Of a stretch of DNA of 50,188 nt, positions 23,461-34,976 are shown one piece after another. Under the pieces are notes generated by a model. The model was not told where the DNA came from. It saw only the letters and a list, made by a program, of their open reading frames with translations, and searched no databases. Numbering within the stretch: position 1 is the first letter of the stretch; each line of letters begins with the position of its first letter. The DNA comes from Octopus bimaculoides (Eukaryota), in contig NC_068986.1 in assembly GCF_001194135.2 (NCBI RefSeq), positions 97,179,416-97,229,603 on the forward strand, in the 5' to 3' direction. A program made the position numbers and the translations under genes.

Positions 23461-24424
23461 AAAGGTAATTTTTAAGCAATCACCATACACTCAAACGGAC
23501 GCACAAATGTATATATGTAGAATCCGGCAAAACACACTCACATATAAGAACAAAGACCTGTCAACCGTTTAATGACTTCTCCTAATTAAAAATCAACAAT
23601 TTATGGAAATTAGTACAAACTTGTCATCTAAACTACCTTGCGAGAAATAATTTCTCTTTGTTTCATTGTTCACTAAATAATTGACATTACTTTATGCTCA
23701 TTACATTAATTGAAATCAAACAGCTGGTCTCTCTGGATAAAGACGTCACCAAAACAATAGAAACTGCTTTAAAAAGAACTTTTTAAGAGCTTTAAAAAGA
23801 ACTCAATACTCATCTGTTCTTTGTTTCATCATTTGCCACACACACACCCACACACACATGTGCACACAGAGACGTAAACACATGCATACGCACACAAACA
23901 CACTTATGCACAAACTCACACAAACACACATACTTGTACACGTACAAAGACGCGTTTAAATTTAAAACCCCGGGCAGGTGGACAAATGTCACAACTGTCC
24001 AAAAATTCGTTATATCCTTTGTCTAAACCCCAGATACAATAGACAAATTTATTTAAAATATTTGAATTCCTGATGTTTTTGTCAACAAACCGCTGGCGTC
24101 ATTTTACCCAAAGACACGCACGCACGCACATACGCACACACATACGGACGCACTTTCTCGCGTACATACGCGCACACATACACACATGTATAAAGCGAAA
24201 TCCCAATCCACAATTTTTGAAAAATTCTATTTAGAACGAAAGAGTTAAAAATATATGTAATAAACAGTACTTCACTGACTACTTCTTTTTCTCGTACTAA
24301 TGTACATACACAGACATGCAGGAAGAAAAGAGACACATTTACTTTTTAAAATCTTTTATTTGATATTAATTGGTTGAAGGAGAGATTTTCTTCTAGCTGC
24401 TAGTCCATAATACCCAAGCTCTCC

Positions 24425-24626
24425 CTGTCAGGTGTCCCAGATGAACCAACCTCACGGCAGGAGGCGCAGATGAGAGCAGCTGCATCAAACTCTCTCATGC
24501 ACCAAATGTCAATTCCTGAAATAAAATTCGTGAAGTAAAATTGTGTAGCAACACCAAATGGCGGTGCCTCAGCATGACCAAAGCTCATGAGCTGAAACTA
24601 GGTAAAATGCAAAAATGAAAATGAAA
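24425..24626 (+). mobile_element. 3' end of a CR1-group LINE (ORF2 C-terminus + 3' UTR)
   Basis: LSGVPDEPTSRQEAQMRAAASNSLMHQMSIPEIKFVK* (24425-24538). PDEP...RAA.SNSL is a C-terminal motif I recall from invertebrate CR1-group elements. UTR ends in (aatgaa)-like repeats. Confidence 0.7.
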
Positions 24627-25291
24627 TATATATATATATATATATATATACATTTATACAGTTCCATATTTAAGAGATAAGGAATTATGTACATTATTTT
24701 ACATTTGACGGATATTTGTTATCATCTTGTTTGTTGTTGACACAACGTTTCAGCTGATANNNNNNNNNNNNNNNNNNNNNNNNNNNNNNNNNNNNNNNNN
24801 NNNNNNNNNNNNNNNNNNNNNNNNNNNNNNNNNNNNNNNNNNNNNNNNNNNNNNNNNNNNNNNNNNNNNNNNNNNNNNNNNNNNNNNNNNNNNNNNNNNN
24901 NNNNNNNNNNNNNNNNNNNNNNNNNNNNNNNNNNNNNNNNNNNNNNNNNNNNNNNNNNNNNNNNNNNNNNNNNNNNNNNNNNNNNNNNNNNNNNNNNNNN
25001 NNNNNNNNNNNNNNNNNNNNNNNNNNNNNNNNNNNNNNNNNNNNNNNNNNNNNNNNNNNNNNNNNNNNNNNNNNNNNNNNNNNNNNNNNNNNNNNNNNNN
25101 NNNNNNNNNNNNNNNNNNNNNNNNNNNNNNNNNNNNNNNNNNNNNNNNNNNNNNNNNNNNNNNNNNNNNNNNNNNNNNNNNNNNNNNNNNNNNNNNNNNN
25201 NNNNNNNNNNNNNNNNNNNNNNNNNNNNNNNNNNNNNNNNNNNNNNNATATATATATATATATATATATATATAAAGATATAAGATATAAG

Positions 25292-25340
25292 ATATGAATG
25301 AGGGATAACATATGAATGAGGGATAACATATGAATGAGGG
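25292..25340. repeat. 18-bp tandem repeat (ATATGAATGAGGGATAAC) x2.7
   Basis: Seen directly. Confidence 0.9.
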
Positions 25341-25824
25341 AAGTGAATGGGAATTCATAAGCGATAATTGGGTTTGATGGACATCATCTTGAGGTTGTAT
25401 GTAAGAGGATCACTTTTAATCAGGCTGGTGAGAATATGTTCATGTCATATCCAAAAAAAGATTTATCTCGTGAAAACTATAATTTGGTAGAACATGGGGG
25501 TATCAATTAACGTGAGCCATGATACGGTGACAGTATTTGCCAGTTATGGTGACAGGATTATGAAAAACAACAAAAGAAAAGAGGGAGAATGTAAAGGGAA
25601 AGTGAATAGCAATAAGTATGAATATATAGAGAGAAGTGAGTATCAATAATGAATGGGTTTAAAAAAAAAAAAATTATGCAGAACTATAATTATGTGAACA
25701 GTGAAATATACAATGAAAAAATGTGGAAATTTAAACCACAGATAAAGAAAAAAGAAAAAAAAAAACGACCCAAAAGAAGACGAATTAGAAAGAAGAGGAA
25801 TAAATGTGAAAGAATAAAGAAACC

Positions 25825-25871
<47 letters not shown>

Positions 25872-26099
25872 GCCGCTGCTGCCGCTGCTGCCGCTGCTGC
25901 CGCTGCTGCCGCTGCTGCCGCTGCTGCCGCTGCTGCCGCTGCTGCCGCTGCTGCTGCTACTGCTGACGTTGCTGCTGACATTACTGCTGACATTACTGCT
26001 GCTACTACTACTACTACTACTACTACTACCACTGCTGCTGCTGCTGCTGCTACTACTGCTGACGTTGCTACTGACATTACTGCTGCTGCTTCTGCTACT

Positions 26100-26135
<36 letters not shown>

Positions 26136-26179
26136 NNNNNNNNNNAACAACAACAACAACAGCAACAACAACAACAACA

Positions 26180-26213
<34 letters not shown>

Positions 26214-26223
26214 ATAATAATAA

Positions 26224-26296
<73 letters not shown>
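25825..26296. repeat. Compound microsatellite (CTA)n/(CCGCTGCTG)n/(CTG)n/(AAC)n/(TATC)n
   Basis: Seen directly; source of the poly-S/A/V/L/Y ORFs. Confidence 0.95.
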
Positions 26297-26539
26297 GTGT
26301 GGGCGTGTGCTTGTGTGTATATAGTGTGTATGTATGTCACCAATTGACATTCGGTGTAGGTTTGTTTACTTTCCTATAATTTAGTAGTAATGTAAAACAA
26401 TGTCCAATAGAATAAGTATACATCTTAGAAGGCACTGAGATATGAACGAATAACACACTTCCATTTTATATGAAAAGTACTGAATAAAGTTTATAGGCAA
26501 TTTTACAGTATTGTTATATTGAAAAAAGAATTCTTTTAA

Positions 26540-27990
26540 GGCGTAGATTCTATGGAATCCCTTTATTTTTGGTGTAAAAGTGTTAATGTCAATATCAATA
26601 GATCGAAATGCTCAAACGCGACAACGCATACTTTACTCTAAGAAGAAGGATCCCACTTACAGACTAACAGAATTTGAATATCAATATTTTGTAGATGTAC
26701 TGAAACAAGATTATCAAAGTTATATGTAATGTTTTGGATTAAATAAGTTGAGTAACTTATATTGCGAAGCAATAACCACCAAAATTTGAGTTTTAGATGT
26801 TAAACACTAAATTCATAACACTTTCTTCAATGAATCATTCTTAGATTGTTGCCTTCGCCTGCGAAGCTCTTGCTGCAACTACAGAAAGAGACAAGTATTC
26901 ACCACATGATGAATTCTTAAATTCATAAATTCCTGACAGGTACAGCCATGAATTTACTATAAGTTATCTTTGAGACAATCACAGACATTCTTTCATTTTT
27001 GGCTTTCCTTATGAATCATATATGATCTTTCATTCCCAATCAAAATGAGAATGATGAAGCATCACAATTGTCCTAAATATCATTTACTCTACGCTCTCTT
27101 CCTTCTGCTTCAACTCTTTCAGTAGTTCTCTTTGAAAGAGTTGAATTTTCAACATTATCTTCTCCCAAAACTGCTACGCAGAAAGCAGCTGAATATGTTC
27201 TCTTTTCAAATAAAATATTTAGCCAGTCACACGTCAAAGCGACATAAGATAATTATGTTCCATTTTTTCCTTTTCTTACTTTAGTTTTCTCTTCAGACAT
27301 GTCTAAATTAATATCACAGCCACAGGAGATAGTCAGAGTAGACAATGAAATACTCATTAAAATTGAATTGTCGAATCGTCTATTTTTCATTTATACTGCT
27401 TTTTCACATTTGTTTTTGTCTTGTATTTTCTGAGCATTACAATGTAAACGTAACTCTTATCCAATCCCCGTAAGCACGTTATTTTCGCACCTTTTTTAAT
27501 CTCAGACAATTCCAGATGGCAAGAGTTTTGCAAATTATTCTTGGTTGTGTCCTTTTTCATTTGTTCGATTGCGTCATGCACAACCATAGCAAACAAGTCT
27601 AGAGATGAAACAAACTATCGAATAAAATATCAAATGACATCTTGTTTTAAAATTTATCCCATACCCACTGAGAGTTGGTGTTTTCTAGTAACATATTAAT
27701 CTGGCTCGATTTTCAGTTAAGGACTTCAATCCTTTTATGGGTTCTACAGGACTTACATTTTGAAGTAGAATGCTTGCTGCGTCCCAATGTTCCTATTCAA
27801 AACCCATCACATAACTTTGATAATCTTGTTTAAGCACATCTGTAAAATACTAACATTCAAATTCCGTTTCTCTCTATGTGGGATCCTTCTAAATTAAACT
27901 ATGCGTGATTGCGGTTAAGCGATTCGATCTTTTTATATAAGACATTAACACTTGTAGAAAATCAGATGAAGAAAATCTGACCTCTAAAAG
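26540..27990 (-). mobile_element. Degenerate DNA transposon with ~190-bp terminal inverted repeats and transposase-like remnant, superfamily unassigned
   Basis: Arms 26578-26750 and 27785-27953 are reverse complements, including exact 21-bp (26703-26723 / 27811-27831) and 13-bp (26644-26656 / 27878-27890) matches. Internal minus-strand peptide remnants: NSTLSKRTTERVEAEGRERR and KNERMSVIVS..SKFMAVP. Confidence 0.7.
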
Positions 27991-29045
27991 CTATGCCCAA
28001 AAAGCAGAATTATTTTCTTCATTAATATAACATTTTAAAAGAAATCATCGCCATTTATGAATCAGAAGTAAATGAAAACAATGCGCAAACAACACCCATG
28101 GGAAGGTCAGTGGCAATTAAACTTTCATAGATTTTCTGAAACTGAAGAGAGGAGCAACAATGTCTATCAAACTATTATAGTTCCTTCGACACTAGTAAGA
28201 GGAAGCGCTGCGCTAATTGATATTCTACAGGTTTTTCGAGTCGGTGAGATGATTAGCTTCCATCAGTCGTTTACGTCCCTGCCGAAACTGGTCATACGAA
28301 AAGCAATGTTTATCCACTCATTATAGATTTTCCGAGTCTAGCGAGAGTAATTTCCGTGCCCATCAGCAGTTTTCAGGGCCTTCTAGGATGACGATAGGAA
28401 GAGGAATGTCAATCATTCATCTATACGTATACACTTAGATACAATGCTCTAGTCAGATGCATAGACACAAGACTTAAGCACTCAGATATACCGCACCACA
28501 AAAATATACTTTCATTGACGAACGCCTTACATAGATTTACACATAAAATAACTGGTGGAAAATTCACATATAAACGCTGACAAATATATAATAAAATATG
28601 TACTTAGGAAGCCAACGTTATATATACAAATTTACATACACATATTTGCATACTCACAAATATACTAGCAAAAATACACTAAGCATCCTAAAACAACTAA
28701 CTCACTGACATAGTTTTCAAAATCTTGCTATCACACTTTATCGCTCTCTCACTTACATACATACATACATATTTGCATAAAACAAAACGTACAAATTTGC
28801 ACACACACACATACATACACACACATACATATACATATACATACAAAAGTACCCTGTTGATGGTGTTCATATTCCAATGAAGGATCCTTGTATAGAGGTT
28901 AGAAGCCAGCTGATTCTGTTTTGGCAAGAATTCTTGAAATAAAACTGAATGACATACATACAAATATACACACGTACATACATAAATACATGTTAGAACA
29001 CACACGCACACACAGATACATACCTCATCCTACCTACCTACCTAC

Positions 29046-29099
<54 letters not shown>

Positions 29100-29869
29100 G
29101 CTATCAGGGAGACGGTCGTTTACCGTTGTTGGTATTTAGCTGAAAAGAGCAACTTTTTCAAAACTCGAACACTTGCGTCCAGCTTATTCTTTGGGATTTA
29201 TAAAGCGTTCAGCAATTTCGTCTGATGAATAAGTTTTCGCAGACATATTTTGCAAACTTCAAGGTAACAAATTTGTGGCCGAGATATTTTTAATTTAACT
29301 GTTATTTTATACGTGAAGAATAAGATTATGAGAATTTCTATTAATAGAATAAATAACACGAAGATGCAGAAATCTAATATTCAGCGAAAGGAAATTCGTA
29401 TTTTTGAGAACCTGTGATTAATTTTAAACTTAAACTATATTGCCATTCTGCTATTTATAAAATAGCATTATAATACATGAATAAAATTGTTTTTTCTTGT
29501 TCAAAATGCAGCAAATAGAATCAAAATGAGTTATAAATAAAGAAGTTATAACTAAATTCAAAGAAATTATATAATTTGGCTTCCAGGCGTTTCAAAACAT
29601 TGACCTCCTGCAGGGAACCTAAAAATTGACAATCATTCTGACATGTGAAATGCAAAAAAACTTCTGATGGTTTGCCTCTTTGCGTGTCTGTCGGTTTCTT
29701 TTTCTATATTTGTCTTCCTCCCGCTTTTTATGTGTATATCTATTTGTCCACGTATTTAAGTCTGTCATTAATCATAGGAAGAACAAAATATTATTTTAAA
29801 ACTTCTACACTGTTTCAATAACAATAATGAATATATGCAGGCACATAATTATTCGTTTCAATATTTGGC

Positions 29870-30060
29870 GAAAGGACAGAAGTTTTTGAGGAGGAAGTAA
29901 ATGAATCACATCGCTCAATAGTTACTTATTTTATTGATCCCGAAATTATTTAGCGGAACAATCAACTTCGGCGGAATTTGAACTCAGAACACAAAGACAG
30001 ATAAAATACCGGTTTGCATTTTGCCCAGTATACTAACCGTTCCGCCACCTCACCGCCTTA
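29870..30060 (-). mobile_element. SINE family B copy
   Basis: cggcggaatttgaactcagaac...cacctcaccgcctta is the reverse complement of the family B head. Confidence 0.8.
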
Positions 30061-30220
30061 TGCCAGCAGATCATTTATTAAAAATAACAGCAAGTCATAA
30101 AATAGAATTCTCACTAATCCCTGATAGTTACTAAATAATAAAATAGTGAATAAATATCATATTATAGTGAAATAATAAGAATAATAAAGAGAAGATACAA
30201 TGCTAATATATATATTTGAA

Positions 30221-30510
30221 GGCGCAGGTGTGACTAAGCGAAAAGAGACTTGCAAGCCAACCACACGGTTCTCGGTTCAGCCCCACTGTGTGGTAGTTTT
30301 CACCAGTGTCTTCTACTATAGCCCCGGGCCAAACAGAGCCTCGTGAGTGGATTTCCTGGACGGAAACTGAAGGAAGACCGTCGTATATATATGTATGTAT
30401 ATATATATATATNNNNNNNNNNNNNNNNNNNNNNNNNNNNNNNNNNNNNNNNNNNNNNNNNNNNNNNNNNNNNNNNNNNNNATATTGTGTGTGTGTGTGT
30501 GTGTGTGTGC
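30221..30510 (+). mobile_element. SINE family A 5' half plus internal microsatellite (gapped)
   Basis: ggcgcagg...ggttctcggttcagccccactg...ttctactatagcc...ggaaactgaaggaag; the 3' half is replaced by the adjacent RTE fragment. Confidence 0.8.
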
Positions 30511-30529
30511 ATGTGCATGTTATTGTTAT

Positions 30530-31700
30530 TCAGCTTATTCACAGCTAAATAAATCTCTTGTATCTGCATTTGACTCGGCTTGTGATGATTTTGGCTTGAC
30601 CATCAACTTGAAAGAAACAGTTGTAATGAATCAACCTGCATGTGGTGCTGTTTGTAACCCCGCTAAAATTTTTGTTAAGGGAAAGTTACTTGAGATTGTC
30701 GATTCCCTTTGTCTACCCTGGAAACTCTGTTCAAAATGATGGAAATATTGATACTGAAATACAGCTTCAAATTCAAAGGGCAGCAAATGCATTTGATGGC
30801 TTGGAGTCACGCGTTTGGAGTCAGCGACATATAAAAACTGGCTCTTTACAAATCATTTGTCTTACCATTCCTGTTGTATTCCTGTGAAACCTGGACTAGT
30901 TATGAAAGTCATTTTAAACTGTTAGAACAATTACACTAAAAATGCCTTCATCACATTTAAAAAATAAAATGGAGTTCTTTTACTCCAAATGCAGATGTCT
31001 TTGCATCTGCAGGCATCGCTTCAATTAGAGTTATGATTTTGAGTAACCATTTGAGATGGTATGGCCATATTGTTCGAATGGCAGATGAACGCATGCCGAA
31101 ACCGCTGTTTTATGGTGAACTGGCAGAGTGGAAACGCTATCGGCGTAAACCTAAAAACAGGTTTAAGGGCGGCATAAGGACAACTATGAAGTCAGTTGGA
31201 ATTGTTCCAGAAGATATAGAAACCCTTGATTCGGATCGAATTGGATGGTGAACAAAGGTGTGGAATGGAGTATTAGCATTTGAAGAGGCCAGAATAACGC
31301 AAGTAAGACTCAAAACAGATCTAAGGAAGAATGTAACGATCGAGAAGGTAAATGACAATGACCTTTTTGTGTGCACAGTCTGTGAAAGAGCATGCCTGTC
31401 TTTTGCTGGCCTCAAAATTTCATCTGCAAACGCATGGAAAACGAACTTCCACCAACTATTCTGCCTATATGTCTGCGCACACCTTTGAATGCAGTGTATG
31501 CCAGAAGGTTTGCAAATCCAACTTATCTGCAGGTCTTGGTGGTCCAGAACAGAGGTGCAATCTATGTGGTTGTCCTTTCAGAAGATTTTCTGGTTCAAAA
31601 AGCCACATCAGAAGCCATGATGGTGCTAAGGTGTCGATACAGGAGTTGGTTAAACTCTGTATACAGAGTTGACAACTACCATATATGTATGTATTAACTT
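30530..31700 (+). mobile_element. RTE-BovB-like LINE 3' part ending in C2H2 zinc fingers
   Basis: SACDDFGLTINLKETVVM, DTEIQLQIQRAANAFDGLESRVW, LRWYGHIVRMADERMPKPLFYGEL, then CTVCERACLSFAGLK/HLQTH, CSVCQKVCKS and CNLCGCPFRRFSGSKSHIRSH; several frameshifts. Confidence 0.9.
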
Positions 31701-32015
31701 CATGTTCATTTAAATGAAGGAAAGAAAATGGAGAGTTAAGATAAAAATAATTATTTATCATTAAAAAGTTGGTAATTTTTACGTCTTACACACACACACA
31801 CACGCTCACACATACACACACACATACACACAGACAGGGGTGTCTATCAATTACCTGTACCATAATTTAACGTCTCGATGTGTGTTGCGTGCAACCTGTG
31901 TGAAAGTGTTCTGATGTTTCTAATAAACCTCTGTTTGTTGCCTACATTTTCTAATTAAGTTTGCTGAGTTACCTTATTTTTCATTTCCTTCTCAAATTTT
32001 TGAAATTGTAAAGGT

Positions 32016-32090
<75 letters not shown>

Positions 32091-32580
32091 CATGTATACA
32101 TACACATTCATATATATGCATGAATGTGCATAGGCGTCTACAAAAGTATATTTAGGTATACAGATGCACGTACGTCTACTTACATATAGACATAAAGCTG
32201 AATATGAATAAAAGTAAACACTTATAAAAGACACACCGACACACACACTCACATATACACACACAAACGCATGCACACACACACATAAACACACACACAC
32301 AAACACATACACACACACACACAAGCATGTATGCATCATGATATTTTAATTATGATAAAAATAGGAATATTTTGAAATTATAATTGTTAATAAATGGAAA
32401 AAATGATAACTAAATACCATTGAAACTGTAAGAGTAAACTTACAAAATCAAAAACACGAAATAGTATTCATATATTATATCAATGATTACAAAATTAAAT
32501 AAACTAAATAAATTAATTAAATAAATAAATAAATGGAAATAAATGAAATATTGGATGTGAATTTATTCTCTATCAAAAGA

Positions 32581-33280
32581 AAAGGCAGCGAGCTGGTAGA
32601 GTCGTTACCGGCATTTAGTCTGACATTACATTCTGAGTTCAAAATTCGATGTGGTGGACTTTGCGGTTCATCCTTTTGGGGTCGATAGAATAAGTATCAG
32701 TTGAGTAGTGGGGTCGATGTGACAGACTTAATATCTTTCCGAAATTGCTGGCTTTGTGCCAGAACTTCAAATTATTGTTATTATTATTATCCTAGTCGGT
32801 GCCGGGCCAAATGTTGATTGGCTTTCATTCGTCTTTACGTTCTGAGTTCAAATTCCGCCGTGGTCGGCTTTACTTTCATCCTTTCTTGGTCGATAGAATA
32901 AGTACCAGTCAAGCACTGGGATCGATGTAATCAACTAACTCGTCTCACCAAATTTCAGGCCTTGTGCCTATAAGAGAAAGGATTATTACCCTAATCGCTT
33001 ATCATAATAGAGAGAAGACCTAAATAGACAGCTTGCATTTCATGAAATTTTTTTAAAGGCTGCGAGGTGATAGAATTGTTAGCGCGCCGGGCAAAATGCT
33101 TAACGGTATTCTGTCTGTCTTTATACTCTGAGTTCAAATTCGGCCGAGGTCGACTTTGCTTTTATACTTCGGGGTCGATGAAATAAGTACAAGTTGAGCA
33201 CTGGAGTAGATGTAGTCGACTTAATCCTTCCCCAAAAATTCAGTCCTTGAGTCCATAAAAGAAAAGATTATTATTACCCT
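32581..33280 (+). mobile_element. Second head-to-tail cluster of three SINE family B copies
   Basis: Heads at 32581, ~32795 (partial) and 33056, each with the gtcga...cctttcggggtcgat..aataagtac core and a short attatt tail. Confidence 0.88.
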
Positions 33281-33390
33281 ATATACAGTCATATCTCTCG
33301 ATGAACACAAAGTTGTATAAAATCGGAATCTCGAGTCAAATTTTAAAATAGTTTCTTCCTATTAATGTAACCGGAAAACGTCTTAACAAC

Positions 33391-33771
33391 GGTTGTTGTT
33401 GTTGTTGGCACTCCGTCGCTTACGACGTCGAGGGTTCCAGTTGATCCGATCAACGGAACAGCCTACTCGTGAACTTAACGTGCAAGTGGCTGAGCACTCC
33501 ACAGACACGTGTACCCTTAACGTAGTTCTAGGGGATATTCAGCGTGACACAGTGTGACAAGGCTGACCTTTTGAATTACAGTCTCAACAGAAACAGGAAG
33601 TAAGAGTGAGAGAAAGTTGTACTCTTGTACAGCAGGGTTCGCCACCATCCCCTGCCGGAGCCTCGTGGAGCTTTAGCTCAATAAACACTCACAACGCCCG
33701 ATCTGGGAATCGAAATAGCGATCCTATGACCGCAAGCCTGCTGCCGTAACCACTGGGCCATTGCGCCTCCA
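33391..33771 (-). mobile_element. SINE family D, full length, with 9-bp TSD
   Basis: tRNA-like head ggaggcgcaatggcccagtggttacggcagc on the minus strand; (AAC)n tail; TSD CTTAACAAC at 33382-33390 and 33772-33780. Confidence 0.95.
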
Positions 33772-34009
33772 CTTAACAACAGCAGATATATAGATTACAT
33801 ATGCTGACTGCCCCGAACATCGAATAAGCGTTGAATATTAATTTTACTGAGATCTGATTAATTACTTTTTATTACAGTCATGGTTAGTTCTACAATTAAT
33901 GATCAAAAATTAAAATTCTATGAATTAATTTCTTCGTTACTTTCAATTACAGCCATTTATTATCTTCCCTGCTGTCATCAACTTCTAATGTGAAATTATA
34001 ACATCACCT

Positions 34010-34730
34010 GCAAGAGCCAGTCAGGAAGCCATGAAATTATCCATTCATCTTTTCAGTGCACAATTCCTGGGAGGCCCGTGTGTATAGAATCTTCAGGCAC
34101 CTCGTCTATTGTATCCTGTCAGATGCGTCCTTCCGTCCGGATTCCCAGAAATACTCAACTGAGACTAAAATTATCCAACTATTTCATTCTAGTCTACTCT
34201 TATGTCTCTCGCCTTGTAGAATTCGTAATGCGATTCTTTTCTGTAATATTCTAATCACATGTCCGTAGTACCGGAGCTGTGACCATAGGGGAAAGAAAAG
34301 ATAAGGACGAAAAACCGTATTGAACATAGCGACTTTTAGTTTCTTTTTAACAACCTCTCATCGTGTGAGTATCGAATACTGGAGCTCGCGAATAAGCGCG
34401 CGCAGCAATGACGACACCTGAAATTTTAGCATCCGATTCAGACTCCAGCTTCCCATCACTCGAGAATACGACCCTGAAATACTTGGACTTCTTCATTTAT
34501 CTCAGGAATAGTCAACTAACATGGAAAATGCAATGGGAAGACTTTCTTAAAAGGATCAATGTCTCAGCCTTCGCAACCCTTATTTCCATCCCTGTTTTAC
34601 AGCCCTCAGCAGGGAAACCATTCATTACTTGCTGGAGATCACCTTCTACTGATATACCAAGTAGTACCGTGTCATCTGCAAATATCAGCCGACCGATCGC
34701 ACACGCACCGATTATCATATCACTTCCATT
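34010..34730 (-). mobile_element. RTE-clade LINE RT fragment, degenerate
   Basis: RLIFADDTVLL...EGDLQQVMNGF..EGCKTGMEIRVAKAETL, KSKYFRVVFSSDG..ESDAKI. Confidence 0.8.
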
Positions 34731-34929
34731 TCACAAAAATTATAGCATCATTAATTACAAAATCTTAATAGAATTAAAAGAGTGAAACTCCGTGATTACA
34801 TAAACATAACATCCCTTAAATAGAATTTTGTCATAAACGTTTTAGTTCTTTTTCTTTTTTCTTAATACACACACACGTACGTGTGCATCTGTGCATGTTC
34901 ATGTGTATATATGTGTGTATGTGTGCGCC

Positions 34930-34976
<47 letters not shown>

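Noticed and set aside
25785-26180. Ser/Gly-rich or poly-Ala protein
   Set aside because: Compound trinucleotide microsatellite without splice or start context.
31352-31672. Stand-alone host C2H2 zinc-finger gene
   Set aside because: Contiguous with a frameshifted RTE RT, lacks TGEKP linkers, and is itself frameshifted; treated as a LINE tail.
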